A DNA stretch of 64,000 bases from a virus. The translations under genes were made by a program, and so were the position numbers. A model generated the notes under the pieces. That model searched no databases and was not told where the DNA came from. It worked only from the letters and a program-made list of their open reading frames with translations. The DNA lies in IMG/VR virus record IMGVR_UViG_3300024289_000019, positions 48,302-112,301 of that record; one strand, 5' to 3'. Below, one piece after another: positions 46,075 through 56,442 of this stretch (position 1 is its first letter; each line of letters opens with the position of its first letter).

Positions 46075-46260
46075 ATGAATGAAAAACTAAAAGCAGTACT
46101 AGCATCATATGCACGTACAGCAGTATCAGCAGCATTAGCTGTTTACATGACTGGAAATACAGACGCTAAGGCAATGGCAACAGCTGCCCTTGCAGCAATT
46201 GTAGGACCTCTAGCAAGAGCATTGAATCCAAAAGACGGAGCTTTTGGCATTGTAAAGTAA
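46075..46260 (+). CDS. putative holin
   Basis: small 2-TM ending LNPKD.AFG. Confidence 0.6.
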   Translation: MNEKLKAVLASYARTAVSAALAVYMTGNTDAKAMATAALAAIVGPLARALNPKDGAFGIVK

Positions 46261-46272
46261 ATTACTTTAGAG

Positions 46273-46311
46273 TGGTCCCTGTGCTAAAATTGGCATAGGG
46301 ACCATTTTTTT
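46273..46311 (+). terminator. terminator with TGCTAAAAT (-10-like) in its loop
   Basis: TGGTCCCTGTGC/GCATAGGGACCA stem then T7. Confidence 0.75.
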
Positions 46312-46333
46312 AAATAAAATAAGGCAGGTTATT

Positions 46334-46678
46334 GTGGCATCAATAAAAAATTTTGACGTTGACCAAGGCGCAACTTTTACATTTCAAGTTGAGTATTTAG
46401 ACTCAACAAATGCCCCTATTGATTTAACTGGAAGTACGGCTAAAATGCAGATCCGTGATACAAAAGGCGGAAAACAATTGATTGCTACATTAACAACCCC
46501 ATCAACAAATGGAATATCTATAGTTGGAAATAAAGTAAATGTTACAGTCCCCGCATCTGCAACAAACAAGTTAATATTTCCAAAGTCTGCTTACGACATT
46601 CTTGTAACAGATACAAATGGAAATAAAATTCGTTTATTAGAAGGATTTTTAACTCTAGATAGGTCGGTAACGGTTTGA
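46334..46678 (+). CDS. virion structural protein (baseplate-upper-protein-like Ig fold)
   Basis: DQGATF, PIDLTG.TAKMQIR, YDIL, RLLEG. Confidence 0.7.
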   Translation: MASIKNFDVDQGATFTFQVEYLDSTNAPIDLTGSTAKMQIRDTKGGKQLIATLTTPSTNGISIVGNKVNVTVPASATNKLIFPKSAYDILVTDTNGNKIRLLEGFLTLDRSVTV

Positions 46679-47133
46679 TGGCCAACGAAAAAGTAATAGT
46701 TAATGAAACAGTAAATAAAGTTGTTATTTCTGGAACGGGTGCCCAGGGACCAAGAGGAAAAGGAATCCTAAATGGAAATGGGACTCCATCAAACAGCTTG
46801 GGTCTTCAAGGCGATTTTTATTATGATAAAGACACGACAAGATTTTATGGCCCAAAGCCAAACGATTTAAGTTGGCAAGGTGCTCCAAATTATCTATTGA
46901 ATACAGAGGTAGCCCTTGTATTTCCTTGGGAATTAGCTCAGGTTCATCCACCAGATGCACAACATCCAGGCGTTTATTGGGTTCCTATAGAACATAATTT
47001 ACAATTTCATCCAAATGTAACTGTAAAAGCTAGTAGCGGGGACGTATTGGAAACAGGAATAGACTATAATAGTATTAATATGCTGACATTAACCATGACG
47101 CAACAATTTTCTGGGACAGCCTACCTGTCCTAA
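46675..47133 (+). CDS. virion structural protein
   Basis: GAQGPRG, GDFYYD...YGPK, HNL.FHP.VTV, FSG.AYLS. Confidence 0.7.
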   Translation: MMANEKVIVNETVNKVVISGTGAQGPRGKGILNGNGTPSNSLGLQGDFYYDKDTTRFYGPKPNDLSWQGAPNYLLNTEVALVFPWELAQVHPPDAQHPGVYWVPIEHNLQFHPNVTVKASSGDVLETGIDYNSINMLTLTMTQQFSGTAYLS

Positions 47134-47150
47134 AAGAGGAGTAACAAAAT

Positions 47151-48653
47151 ATGGCAAGAAAATTTTTAGTTAGTTTAGATCTCTCAAAGAATGAGCTTTT
47201 GAATGCTCGTATTCAAAACCTTCCTTCTGCATCTAAACCACAAAATCCAGTCACTGGTCAAATTTATTATGATACCACTGACAACTTCCTCTATTTCTGG
47301 AATGGCACAACATGGCTAAGAGCATCAGGTGATTTTGGAAACGGTGGACTCACATCCTCTCTATTCTTTGGTAATACAAATTCCGACGGCGTAGCAACAT
47401 CGGTTGCTCGTGCAGATCATACACACGATATTCCAGACGTACTAGGTACAGCTGGTCAAATTGATGTTTCTAAAAATGAAATTACTGGAGATGCAACATT
47501 CTCTCTTATTAATACTGGCGTAACAGCTGGTACTTATGGTGCAGTAGATACATCAGTAACATTTACAGTTGATGCTAAAGGTAGAATTACTTCTGCATCA
47601 CAAGCAGCAATTTCAATTTCAACAGATCAAGTAAATGGACTTCAAGAATATATTGAAGACAAGGTTGGAAATCTTGTTGTTGCTGGAGAAGGCATTGATG
47701 TAACTTATGATGATGCCGCAGGACATTTTACAATTGATGCAGAGCTTGCAACAGATACCAATAGAGGTGTAGCTAGCTTTGATGCAACAGATTTTACAGT
47801 AACATCTGGCAATGTAACTCTTAATTCAGAAAGAGTGCAAGACATTGTTGGCGGAATGGTTACTGCTCCAAATACCGAATCAGGTATTACAGTCACATAT
47901 GACGATGCAAATGGAAAACTAGATTTTAATGTAAACGATCCTACAATTACAATAAGCGGTGACGTATCTGGTTCCGCAGTAATGACAAACCTTGGAAATG
48001 TAGAAATTACTACAACAATCCAGCCAAACTCCGTAGCTCTTGGAACAGACACTACAGGAGATTATGTAGCTGGTATTCAAGGAACTGCAAATGAAATTGA
48101 AGTAACAAATTCAGGCGGAGAAGGATCAGTAGTTACAATTGGTCTTCCAAACGATGTATCAATTGCTGGAACTCTTAATGTTGGTGGCAGCCTAAACGTA
48201 CAGGGCTCAATTAACTCTGTAAATACAACTCAAGTAAATATCTCTGATAATAAGATTAATCTTAACAGCGATATGCCACACAACCAGGCCCCAAGCGTTG
48301 ATGCTGGAATTATTGTTCATCGTGGACAAGAAGCTGATGCACTTTTAACATGGGATGAAACACAAGATGCTTGGACCACTGGTCTTGATGGCGGTAGACA
48401 ATATGCTGTAGCACGTAAATTTGCTGCAGATCTTTCAGACTCAGCACAATATGTAACAGTAAGTAATGCTGGAGCAGTCTTTGTTGTTAATCATGGATTA
48501 AATAGTAGAGATATTGCAATTCAAGTTTATGAAACTGCAGCTGAATGGAATAACGTTGAAGTTGATACAGAAAGAACCACTGCTAACACAGTAACAATAA
48601 GATTTGCAACTGCGCCAGCAAACGGAGCATACAGAGTAGTTATAACAGGATAA
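47151..48653 (+). CDS. tail fibre/structural protein
   Basis: GQIYYDT, ARADHTH, TVDAKGRITSAS, YRVVITG. Confidence 0.75.
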   Translation: MARKFLVSLDLSKNELLNARIQNLPSASKPQNPVTGQIYYDTTDNFLYFWNGTTWLRASGDFGNGGLTSSLFFGNTNSDGVATSVARADHTHDIPDVLGTAGQIDVSKNEITGDATFSLINTGVTAGTYGAVDTSVTFTVDAKGRITSASQAAISISTDQVNGLQEYIEDKVGNLVVAGEGIDVTYDDAAGHFTIDAELATDTNRGVASFDATDFTVTSGNVTLNSERVQDIVGGMVTAPNTESGITVTYDDANGKLDFNVNDPTITISGDVSGSAVMTNLGNVEITTTIQPNSVALGTDTTGDYVAGIQGTANEIEVTNSGGEGSVVTIGLPNDVSIAGTLNVGGSLNVQGSINSVNTTQVNISDNKINLNSDMPHNQAPSVDAGIIVHRGQEADALLTWDETQDAWTTGLDGGRQYAVARKFAADLSDSAQYVTVSNAGAVFVVNHGLNSRDIAIQVYETAAEWNNVEVDTERTTANTVTIRFATAPANGAYRVVITG

Positions 48654-48657
48654 CAAC

Positions 48658-48957
48658 ATGGCAAGACAATTTCTAGCAACTCTGTCACTGCCAACACTTC
48701 CAAGTCATCCGACTGACGGACATGCTGGATCTTTATATTACAATACATCAATGAGTGCATTGATGATGCATACTGGTTCAACTTGGATGCCAGTAAATTC
48801 TAATCAATATGTTTTAGAAGACCATATTCATACATATGATGGACCAATACATACTGTCATTGCTGGATCTTATAACCCTAATTTAACAATATTTGATGGT
48901 GGCGATGGCGGAACACAATATTCTTCAGATACAAATCTTGATGGAGGACTTTCATAA
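48658..48957 (+). CDS. small structural protein
   Basis: GSLYYNT...W motif like the upstream fibre N-terminus. Confidence 0.65.
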   Translation: MARQFLATLSLPTLPSHPTDGHAGSLYYNTSMSALMMHTGSTWMPVNSNQYVLEDHIHTYDGPIHTVIAGSYNPNLTIFDGGDGGTQYSSDTNLDGGLS

Positions 48958-50444
48958 TGGCAATTAGAATTCAACTACGTAGAGATACTGAAGCAAACTG
49001 GATTTTAAAAGACCCAATTCTAAAACCAGGAGAACTTGCATTATCACTTGATAAAGGAAGATTTAAATGTGGATTTTCTGAAACATCAAAATGGTCTGAT
49101 TGTTATTATTTGAATGTATTGCCTTCAGAATTAGCTGAAGCAGCTCAGGATGCAATAGGGCTTGCAGTAAATCATAATGATCATTCTCATATTACAGTAA
49201 CATATAATGACTCTACCAATAAATTTGTATTTGCCACAGCCCCAGAAGTAGTTTTAAGTGGTGGACTAAATGATACTTTAGAAGATTATGTAACTTTAGC
49301 ATATTTTACTGGATTAATTGATGAAGCAAATGGAATTCCATCTTTAGATAATAATTCTTTAATTGATCCAGCACAAATACCACCATCCATTGCTAGATTA
49401 GCGTCTCCAACTTTTACTGGAACAGTTTCTGGGATTACAAAATCTATGGTAGGACTTTCAGATGTAGATAACACATCTGATGCAAATAAACCAATATCTA
49501 CAGCAACGCAAACCGCCCTTAACTTGAAAGCTCCATTAGCATCTCCAACATTTACAGGAACTACAACAACAGGAAACTTATCTGTATCTGGAAACCTTAC
49601 AGTTACTGGTGCAACAACAACTCAATCAACACAAAATCTTTCTGTTGCTAATCCACTTATCTACGTTGGAGAAAATAATCAATCAAACATTATTGACGTA
49701 GGAATAGTTGGAAGTTTTAATGATGGAACTTATCAACATACAGGCCTTGCAAGAGATCATACTCAAAATAAATGGAGACTTTTTAAAGGGGTTTCTACCG
49801 AACCAACAACAGTTATTAATTGGACTCAGGCAGTAGCAGATGATTTAATTGTTGGTGGCTTAAATGCATCTACAGTATCCGCAACTACATCAATTACTAC
49901 ACCCTCGTTGACAGCATCCACACTTATAACAACTGCAGGACTTACAGTAACAGGAACATTGACAATTCCAACAGAATCAATTAAAAGTTCTGATTTAGAA
50001 TGGGAACACTATGCAAATGAATCAGACCTTCCTTCCGCAGCAACAAAGCATGGAATGTTTGCACATGTTCATGGCACTGGAGCGGCATACTATGCTCATT
50101 CTGGATCCTGGTACAAGCTTGCTAAGGTTACAGATATATCAGACAATAACTTAACTACAATATCTCAACAAACAGCATCATATACCCCAGGCTTAATGGA
50201 TGCTTTTAAATTAATTGAAATGACAACAGGAACACTCACCTTGCCAAATGATGCAACAGTAAATTTCCCAGTTGGAACATATATAGAGGTTTTACAAACC
50301 ACAACAAATCAAATAACAATCAACGGAACAGGCTTTACCCCAAATGCAACACCTGGATTAAAGTTAAGAACTCAATGGAGTAGCGCAACCTGTTTAAAAC
50401 GTGGCGCTAATTCGTGGGTGGTATTTGGAGACTTGGTTGCATAA
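48957..50444 (+). CDS. tail fibre with Mtd-N-like N-terminus
   Basis: IQLRRDT..NW...P.L..GE; GL.DVDNTSDANKP.S; LASPTFTG repeats; W...GDL end. Confidence 0.8.
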   Translation: MAIRIQLRRDTEANWILKDPILKPGELALSLDKGRFKCGFSETSKWSDCYYLNVLPSELAEAAQDAIGLAVNHNDHSHITVTYNDSTNKFVFATAPEVVLSGGLNDTLEDYVTLAYFTGLIDEANGIPSLDNNSLIDPAQIPPSIARLASPTFTGTVSGITKSMVGLSDVDNTSDANKPISTATQTALNLKAPLASPTFTGTTTTGNLSVSGNLTVTGATTTQSTQNLSVANPLIYVGENNQSNIIDVGIVGSFNDGTYQHTGLARDHTQNKWRLFKGVSTEPTTVINWTQAVADDLIVGGLNASTVSATTSITTPSLTASTLITTAGLTVTGTLTIPTESIKSSDLEWEHYANESDLPSAATKHGMFAHVHGTGAAYYAHSGSWYKLAKVTDISDNNLTTISQQTASYTPGLMDAFKLIEMTTGTLTLPNDATVNFPVGTYIEVLQTTTNQITINGTGFTPNATPGLKLRTQWSSATCLKRGANSWVVFGDLVA

Positions 50445-51529
50445 TGAAAAAATCAAGTAAAAGATCTAAATTAACATCCAGAACATACGTACCAGATTTA
50501 ACTGGTTTAACAAGAGCTCAAGCTGAAGCTGCATTAACTGCAGCAGGACTTAAATTTACTTCCTCAAGTATTGTTACAAATTATTCAAACGAAGATCAAA
50601 AATTTACTTCTTTGCCAACATATACAACTAATCAAGTTGTTCCACGTGAAACAACAATTGATTTTGTTTATAAAGCTTATCAAGGAATAGCCGTTCCAAA
50701 CGTTAATGGCCTTTCTCAAACTGCTGCCACAACAGCAATTACTGGCGCTGGATTAGTTGTTGGTACAGTTTCTGGAACAACAGGCTCAGACTCCAGTCTT
50801 GATCAAAAAATTACAGGTCAAAGCGTTTCGGCAGGAAGTTTAGTTGATAGAGGAACAACTATTAATTTAACTTTATATACATATGTGGCGCCATACAATA
50901 ACCCATATAGTAATCCGCCGCCATATGGAAACTACAGCAATTATAGTAATTATGATAATTATAGTAATTATGGTAATTATAATAATTATAGTAATGTGCC
51001 AGCAGATCCACCTTCAACTCCACCTGCAGATCCACCAATTAGCGTCACATGGAAAAGCTTAGGAGTACACACACTTGTCAGAACGCCAGAAGGTTTGGTT
51101 GCTGCTGGAAGTTTAAAAGTAGGAGATGTTTTAATTTCTGCAAATATTGAAGGCGTTCCATATATGTCTACACCAGAATCTTTTCAGAGTATTTATAATT
51201 GGACTGACTCAAATCCAAATATTGAATATACAACAACAACTGTTGTAATGGTTCACAAAAAAATTGGAGATACGGTTGTAGCAATTAATGGAGATATATT
51301 TTCTCAATACCATTATGTTTTAGTAAAAAGAGACGGACTTGCAAGATTTATAGCAACAGGAGATATTGTTGAGTCTGATCAAATATATAGTTATGCATCG
51401 AATTCGTTTGTGCCAATAACAATGCTTCAATCCGTTCCAGTTTCTCATGAAATTATTTCTATAGACTGTGAACCATATGACATATTTTTTACTTCAGAAA
51501 TGTTGGTACACGACTCGGTTTCGATTTAA
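50444..51529 (+). CDS. PASTA-domain protein with (NYx)7 repeat and C-terminal Hint domain
   Basis: VPDLTG..AEAAL..AGL and VPNVNG..A...I..AGL; Hint blocks SLGVHTLV..PEG...LKVGD, SQYHYVLV, FFTSEMLVHD. Confidence 0.8.
   Translation: MKKSSKRSKLTSRTYVPDLTGLTRAQAEAALTAAGLKFTSSSIVTNYSNEDQKFTSLPTYTTNQVVPRETTIDFVYKAYQGIAVPNVNGLSQTAATTAITGAGLVVGTVSGTTGSDSSLDQKITGQSVSAGSLVDRGTTINLTLYTYVAPYNNPYSNPPPYGNYSNYSNYDNYSNYGNYNNYSNVPADPPSTPPADPPISVTWKSLGVHTLVRTPEGLVAAGSLKVGDVLISANIEGVPYMSTPESFQSIYNWTDSNPNIEYTTTTVVMVHKKIGDTVVAINGDIFSQYHYVLVKRDGLARFIATGDIVESDQIYSYASNSFVPITMLQSVPVSHEIISIDCEPYDIFFTSEMLVHDSVSI
50930..50995 (+). repeat. seven tandem 9-bp units (AAYTAYRRY) encoding Asn-Tyr-x
   Basis: aactacagc aattatagt aattatgat aattatagt aattatggt aattataat aattatagt. 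Confidence 0.95.
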
Positions 51530-51530
51530 A

Positions 51531-52022
51531 ATGTTATTGAAATGGCCAGATGTACTAAACGGATATTGGATGCAAGTCACTAAGTTTGATAATCATCCTA
51601 CTTTAAATTACTGTGGATCACTTTATAAAAATAATAAACATAAAAGTGGAACAATAATTTTATCAAATTATATATTAAATGATTATCCAGACATCTATGC
51701 AACTTTAGATAAAAATAATGAGTTAAACAGGGTATATACAAATCCCTCTTTAAGACCTTCACATGTTTGGGAATGGTTGGGAGTTGTTAGTAAACTTTTT
51801 TTTATTAATAATTTGAAAGATGATTTTCAGGCACCAAAAATAAGAAATAAAACAGCTCAAAATGGATATTTTAGATCTCAAAAAATAATGAATCAGTTAG
51901 ACAAGTATAGTCTTGATGAATTGACCTTTACAGACCATATTGAAGAACCACCAAGAGATTTTATGTATCCTACCATATGGTACAATAAAAGAATAAAAGA
52001 GGTAATTAATGAAAAGAATTGA
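51531..52022 (+). CDS. hypothetical protein
   Basis: follows the Hint protein directly. Confidence 0.65.
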   Translation: MLLKWPDVLNGYWMQVTKFDNHPTLNYCGSLYKNNKHKSGTIILSNYILNDYPDIYATLDKNNELNRVYTNPSLRPSHVWEWLGVVSKLFFINNLKDDFQAPKIRNKTAQNGYFRSQKIMNQLDKYSLDELTFTDHIEEPPRDFMYPTIWYNKRIKEVINEKN

Positions 52023-52530
52023 TTATTTAAATGGTATAGCATGTTTTGAAGAAGTCTCTAATGGAATAGATTTTTCTTTGGTTACTTATGAAAAAACAAA
52101 TAATTTTTTTGGAAATGAAATATATGAAGCAAGTTTTAATTTTGGCAAAAACGATAATAATTTAAAAATAAAAACATTTTTTTATAAAAGCATTTTTACA
52201 GCAGTAAATGATTATTGTAAAAATAATTTAATTGAAATAAAAAAAGATATGTGGATCAAATTTGAAAATCATTTAATACAATTTCCAGGAAATGAAGATC
52301 CGCAATTAAACAAAAGGTGTGCTGACTTAAATGAAGGAAAATATGTCATGTTATATTGTTTAGATACAATAAATGATGGAGGATTTATTACAATACCAAA
52401 TCAAAACTTTTCTATTCATTTGCAACAAAATTCAATGTTAGTTTTTCCAACTGGTAAAGATTATGAATATAATATTCATAAAATTGGTGGCAATAAAGAA
52501 AGAAAATTTATAGAAATGGTTATTGGATGA
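52009..52530 (+). CDS. degenerate 2OG-Fe(II) oxygenase-fold protein
   Basis: DGG.I..P, MLVFP, terminal R; HxD not evident. Confidence 0.5.
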   Translation: MKRIDYLNGIACFEEVSNGIDFSLVTYEKTNNFFGNEIYEASFNFGKNDNNLKIKTFFYKSIFTAVNDYCKNNLIEIKKDMWIKFENHLIQFPGNEDPQLNKRCADLNEGKYVMLYCLDTINDGGFITIPNQNFSIHLQQNSMLVFPTGKDYEYNIHKIGGNKERKFIEMVIG

Positions 52531-53072
52531 ATGTATTTAAAGTTGAAAAAGTTTTTGAACAATCCTATTTTGAATATGTTCAAGACTATTTTAAAAATCA
52601 TCATTTTTTAAACAATGCAGAATATGATTTTTATAACAGCAAAAGAATAGATTCTTTTGATGATTCAGTTTTAAAAAGTATATTACACACATTACATGAA
52701 CCAGCAAAAAAATGGTTTAATAATGAATCAATTGTTCCAACATATGCAATATTTTCAGAATACTCTGGACAACAAGCGCATCTAAATCCGCATAAAGATT
52801 CTGGTCCATGCACATATACTTTAGATATAGGTCTTTATCATGATACCCCATGGCCTTTGATAATTGAAGGAAAAGAATATTTATTTTTAGAAAACGAAGC
52901 TATTGGATTTTATGCCAACGATCAAGATCATTGGAAAAAAGAATTCCCAGACCCTGAAAAAAATAAAGTTGGAATATTATTAGTTCATTATGTTGACCCA
53001 GACCACATTTGGCTTACATTAAAGCCAGAAGTTCAAAAAATTGTAAGACAAAGAATTAAAACATTATCATGA
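52527..53072 (+). CDS. 2OG-Fe(II) oxygenase-like protein
   Basis: HKD..CTYT, WPL.IE, HW, HYV. Confidence 0.7.
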   Translation: MNVFKVEKVFEQSYFEYVQDYFKNHHFLNNAEYDFYNSKRIDSFDDSVLKSILHTLHEPAKKWFNNESIVPTYAIFSEYSGQQAHLNPHKDSGPCTYTLDIGLYHDTPWPLIIEGKEYLFLENEAIGFYANDQDHWKKEFPDPEKNKVGILLVHYVDPDHIWLTLKPEVQKIVRQRIKTLS

Positions 53073-53614
53073 TAACAAAAAACATTAATGTAGAAGGAAT
53101 TTCAAAAGCAATTGATGTTGTTAAAAATAATTTTGACAGTATTTATTTATTTGAGTCTGGAGATAGGGCAAAGTTACTAGATCAGATTGTCACATATGAT
53201 CCAAGACAATTTAATGTTTTTGGCATATATGATCAAGCAATATACCTAGCTTACAAGGACATAGTCGACTGCTTGATAGAAGAATGCAGTAATAAAAATG
53301 TTAATATTAAAAAATGTGAATATTATATTTCTTCTGAATATTTTAATTCAAAGGTTGATCCCAAATTTCTTTATGATTTTGGTGGGGTGTCAATTCCATG
53401 TTTTAATGGGCTAATTTCTTTACAAAATAAAGAAATTGTTGTATACTTAAATGGAAAAGAGCAGGCCTTATCGCAAGGTACCATGCTATTTTTTGAGTCT
53501 GGGAAAAGTATTAAATATGATGCTACAGAATTAGAATGTATATATTTTAATATTGCACCAAGATTCATGATTCAAGATCAATATCCATTCAAATGGATAC
53601 CTATAGGAGTATAA
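53069..53614 (+). CDS. hypothetical protein (possible double-stranded beta-helix fold)
   Basis: G.MLFFES, FNIAP; within the oxygenase cluster. Confidence 0.55.
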   Translation: MITKNINVEGISKAIDVVKNNFDSIYLFESGDRAKLLDQIVTYDPRQFNVFGIYDQAIYLAYKDIVDCLIEECSNKNVNIKKCEYYISSEYFNSKVDPKFLYDFGGVSIPCFNGLISLQNKEIVVYLNGKEQALSQGTMLFFESGKSIKYDATELECIYFNIAPRFMIQDQYPFKWIPIGV

Positions 53615-54250
53615 ATGGCAATTCAAGATATCACTGTTATATACAACTTTATATCTGAAGAGGAAAGAGTTATGCTTTTAGATTATGAAAAAAGCTTAAC
53701 CGAAAGGGATCTTTGGGAAAAAAGAAATTATGCTGATCCAGATAATCAGTGGACAAATAGGCATCTTTCTATAATTCATTTAACAATGCCAGAACATGGC
53801 TTTGGAACAGAGTACGATATTTCAATTGCTAAAAAAATGTGGGAAATAGAAAGCAGAATTAGAGAGCAGATAAAGAAGTCTTGGAATTTAAATAAAGAAA
53901 TTTGGCCAGACTGTTTTAATTTAATTCGTTGGCCACATGGTCAAGCGCAGCCACCTCATTCAGATTATGAAAACTTTGGAAGACTGCCTCATATATGGAA
54001 TTGGAGAGACATAGGTTGCGTATTGTATTTAAATGATGATTTTGAAGAAGGACATATTTACTTTCCACAACATAACCGTGAAATAAAAATTGTAGGTGGA
54101 ATGTTAGCATTTTTCCCAGGAGATATTCATCATGCTCATGGCGTGAAAGAGGTAAAAAATGGAACAAGGTATACGTTAAACACATTTTATACTTTTACAG
54201 AAGAACACAAATTTGAAGTAGATTTTAATAGAAAGTATCTTCCCTGGTAA
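53615..54250 (+). CDS. prolyl-4-hydroxylase-like 2OG-Fe(II) oxygenase
   Basis: HSD, LYLNDDFEEG, HGVKEV..GTRYT. Confidence 0.88.
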   Translation: MAIQDITVIYNFISEEERVMLLDYEKSLTERDLWEKRNYADPDNQWTNRHLSIIHLTMPEHGFGTEYDISIAKKMWEIESRIREQIKKSWNLNKEIWPDCFNLIRWPHGQAQPPHSDYENFGRLPHIWNWRDIGCVLYLNDDFEEGHIYFPQHNREIKIVGGMLAFFPGDIHHAHGVKEVKNGTRYTLNTFYTFTEEHKFEVDFNRKYLPW

Positions 54251-54642
54251 TGGCACACGATATAAAAGTTGAAACAAAAAGGTGGCAGATTAGAAAAATT
54301 GTTGACCTTGGCATAATGTGCATAAGAGTAAATACAATTATAAATGCTGCTCAAAGATATGAGACTGCAGTCTTTCAAACAGACATAGAGGGTAGAATGA
54401 GAGACATTGGAATTAAATATTATAAGCTTCATGGGTCTATGCAAGAAGCAATAGATTTTAATGAATTTTTTGTTAAAACCTTAAAATCTCAAGATTTTTC
54501 TGGTTTAGACGAAATACAGGTGTTTCAGAAATTAGATACCATATTTGCCGATTTTAAATATAATGATGGGCCATATCGTTGGTTTATGCCTGCTAAAAAT
54601 CCTCCAAATGTTGCTATTGGCCAAAAGCAAGAGGACATGTAG
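54250..54642 (+). CDS. hypothetical protein
   Basis: TAATG coupling. Confidence 0.6.
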   Translation: MAHDIKVETKRWQIRKIVDLGIMCIRVNTIINAAQRYETAVFQTDIEGRMRDIGIKYYKLHGSMQEAIDFNEFFVKTLKSQDFSGLDEIQVFQKLDTIFADFKYNDGPYRWFMPAKNPPNVAIGQKQEDM

Positions 54643-54672
54643 CGCTAACCAACAGCTTGGTATAATTGTAAT

Positions 54673-56409
54673 ATGGAAACGCTTTATCCAAGTCAAATTG
54701 ATACCTACGTCCAACCGAATGCAACCGATTCGGTTCAAACCGTTTCCCACTCAGCACAACATAGACGTTTAAATGATGCAATTTATAAACTACAGCTAAA
54801 AGTTGGAATCAATAACTCTCAAGACGTTAGTTCTATTGAAAATAGATTAACAACTTTAAAAAACTTTGTTGATGCAAGAGCTGTAGATTTAGGACAGCTA
54901 GAAGACAGCCTTGACGAGTATGTTACTTTAATTCAATACGAAAACGATAAAGGTGTTGCAATAGCAACCCTAGGCGTTGATGGAAAGCTTGATCCAGATC
55001 AAATACCTTCATCAATTGCAACAGATGCACAATCTAGAGCAGATGCAGCATTGTCTGCAGCAGGATTGTATACTGATCAAAAAATTGCCAATCTTGTAGA
55101 TTCAGCACCTGGAGCATTAAATACTCTTAATGAATTAGCTCAAGCATTAAATGATGATGCTAATTTTGCCTCAACAATGACAACTGCGCTGGCAGGAAAA
55201 TCTGCAGTAGGGCACACACATACTTCTTCTAATATAACAGATTTTGTTGAGGCTGCTCAAGATGCGGCTGGACTGTTATTTGGCCATTCTAATCATAATA
55301 ATGTTACTGCAACATATGATGATGAAAATAATAAAATAATTTTAAGCGTAACTCCACAATTAACACAAGAACAGGTTCAGGATTTTATTGTTCCGCTTTT
55401 CCAGAGCGCTAATAATAAAAATATGAATATCCTTTATGATGATGATAACAATACATTAATTTTAGAAGCAATTACAGAACCTTCTAAAGCGGTAATGTCT
55501 CCAACAGCTCCAGCAAATCCAGCAAACGGAGCATTTTGGCTTGATACAGATGAATTAAGATCTGGAGACGTACTTGCTCTTAAGATTTGGAATGCTACAG
55601 CAAATAAATGGGAGTATGCAGCATCAGAACTCAGCCTTGCAACAACAAATGTTTGGACATCTAAAAATACATTTACTCAAGGCGTTATTATTGGAACAAA
55701 CACCGCTCCATCAAATCCAGTAGAGGGTCAAATATATTATAACTTATTAGCAGAAAAATTAAGAGTGTTTGATGGTCTAGTTTGGAAAGATGTTTCTGGT
55801 GGCGCAGGTGGAGGCGGAGGACTTCCAAGCATTTCAACAGATGGAACAGCAACTCCAGCAACTTTATTTTTTGGAATGATAGCTCCACCATCAGCGGCAG
55901 CTTTAGAGGGAGACATTTGGTTTGATGTTGACGATCTTGGAACTCCATTTAATCAATTTTTTACTGGAACCACTGCTCCAGATCCAACTCAATATGAATT
56001 TTGGGTAGACCCAAATCCAGCTCCTGGAGAATTAATATATTCAGCAAATGAACCAACAACACCACAATATGAGGGTGAACTTTGGATAGACACAGATGAT
56101 TATGAAGGCCAATTGGTTGAAGTTGGGGCAACCGCTCCAAATCCAGACAACGTCCAGCTTTGGGTAGATGTAAATGATTTAGACACTCCATCTTATTATT
56201 CAAATTTAGTTTTTACAACATACGTAAATTATGCAGCTTTTCCAGTGGCTGGCTCAAAACCAGGAATGTTGGCAGTAGATAGTTCTACTGGCATAGTTTA
56301 TATATCAATCAATAATTTATGGGTTGCCCAGCCTCTTAAATTAGATCAAGACAAAATTAATAGACAATCTCAAAGTAATCAAGCCCTTATATGGATGGGC
56401 TTTTTATAA
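54673..56409 (+). CDS. tail fibre/structural protein
   Basis: LVDSAPGALNTLNELA.AL.DD.NFA; repeated AP..G..W.D motifs. Confidence 0.78.
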   Translation: METLYPSQIDTYVQPNATDSVQTVSHSAQHRRLNDAIYKLQLKVGINNSQDVSSIENRLTTLKNFVDARAVDLGQLEDSLDEYVTLIQYENDKGVAIATLGVDGKLDPDQIPSSIATDAQSRADAALSAAGLYTDQKIANLVDSAPGALNTLNELAQALNDDANFASTMTTALAGKSAVGHTHTSSNITDFVEAAQDAAGLLFGHSNHNNVTATYDDENNKIILSVTPQLTQEQVQDFIVPLFQSANNKNMNILYDDDNNTLILEAITEPSKAVMSPTAPANPANGAFWLDTDELRSGDVLALKIWNATANKWEYAASELSLATTNVWTSKNTFTQGVIIGTNTAPSNPVEGQIYYNLLAEKLRVFDGLVWKDVSGGAGGGGGLPSISTDGTATPATLFFGMIAPPSAAALEGDIWFDVDDLGTPFNQFFTGTTAPDPTQYEFWVDPNPAPGELIYSANEPTTPQYEGELWIDTDDYEGQLVEVGATAPNPDNVQLWVDVNDLDTPSYYSNLVFTTYVNYAAFPVAGSKPGMLAVDSSTGIVYISINNLWVAQPLKLDQDKINRQSQSNQALIWMGFL

Positions 56410-56442
56410 AAACTTTGGTATACTTTGTAAAGGAGTAGATAC

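Noticed and set aside
51056-51529. Canonical splicing intein or mobile element
   Set aside because: No homing endonuclease, terminal HD instead of HN and only four residues after it; better read as an autoprocessing Hint domain.
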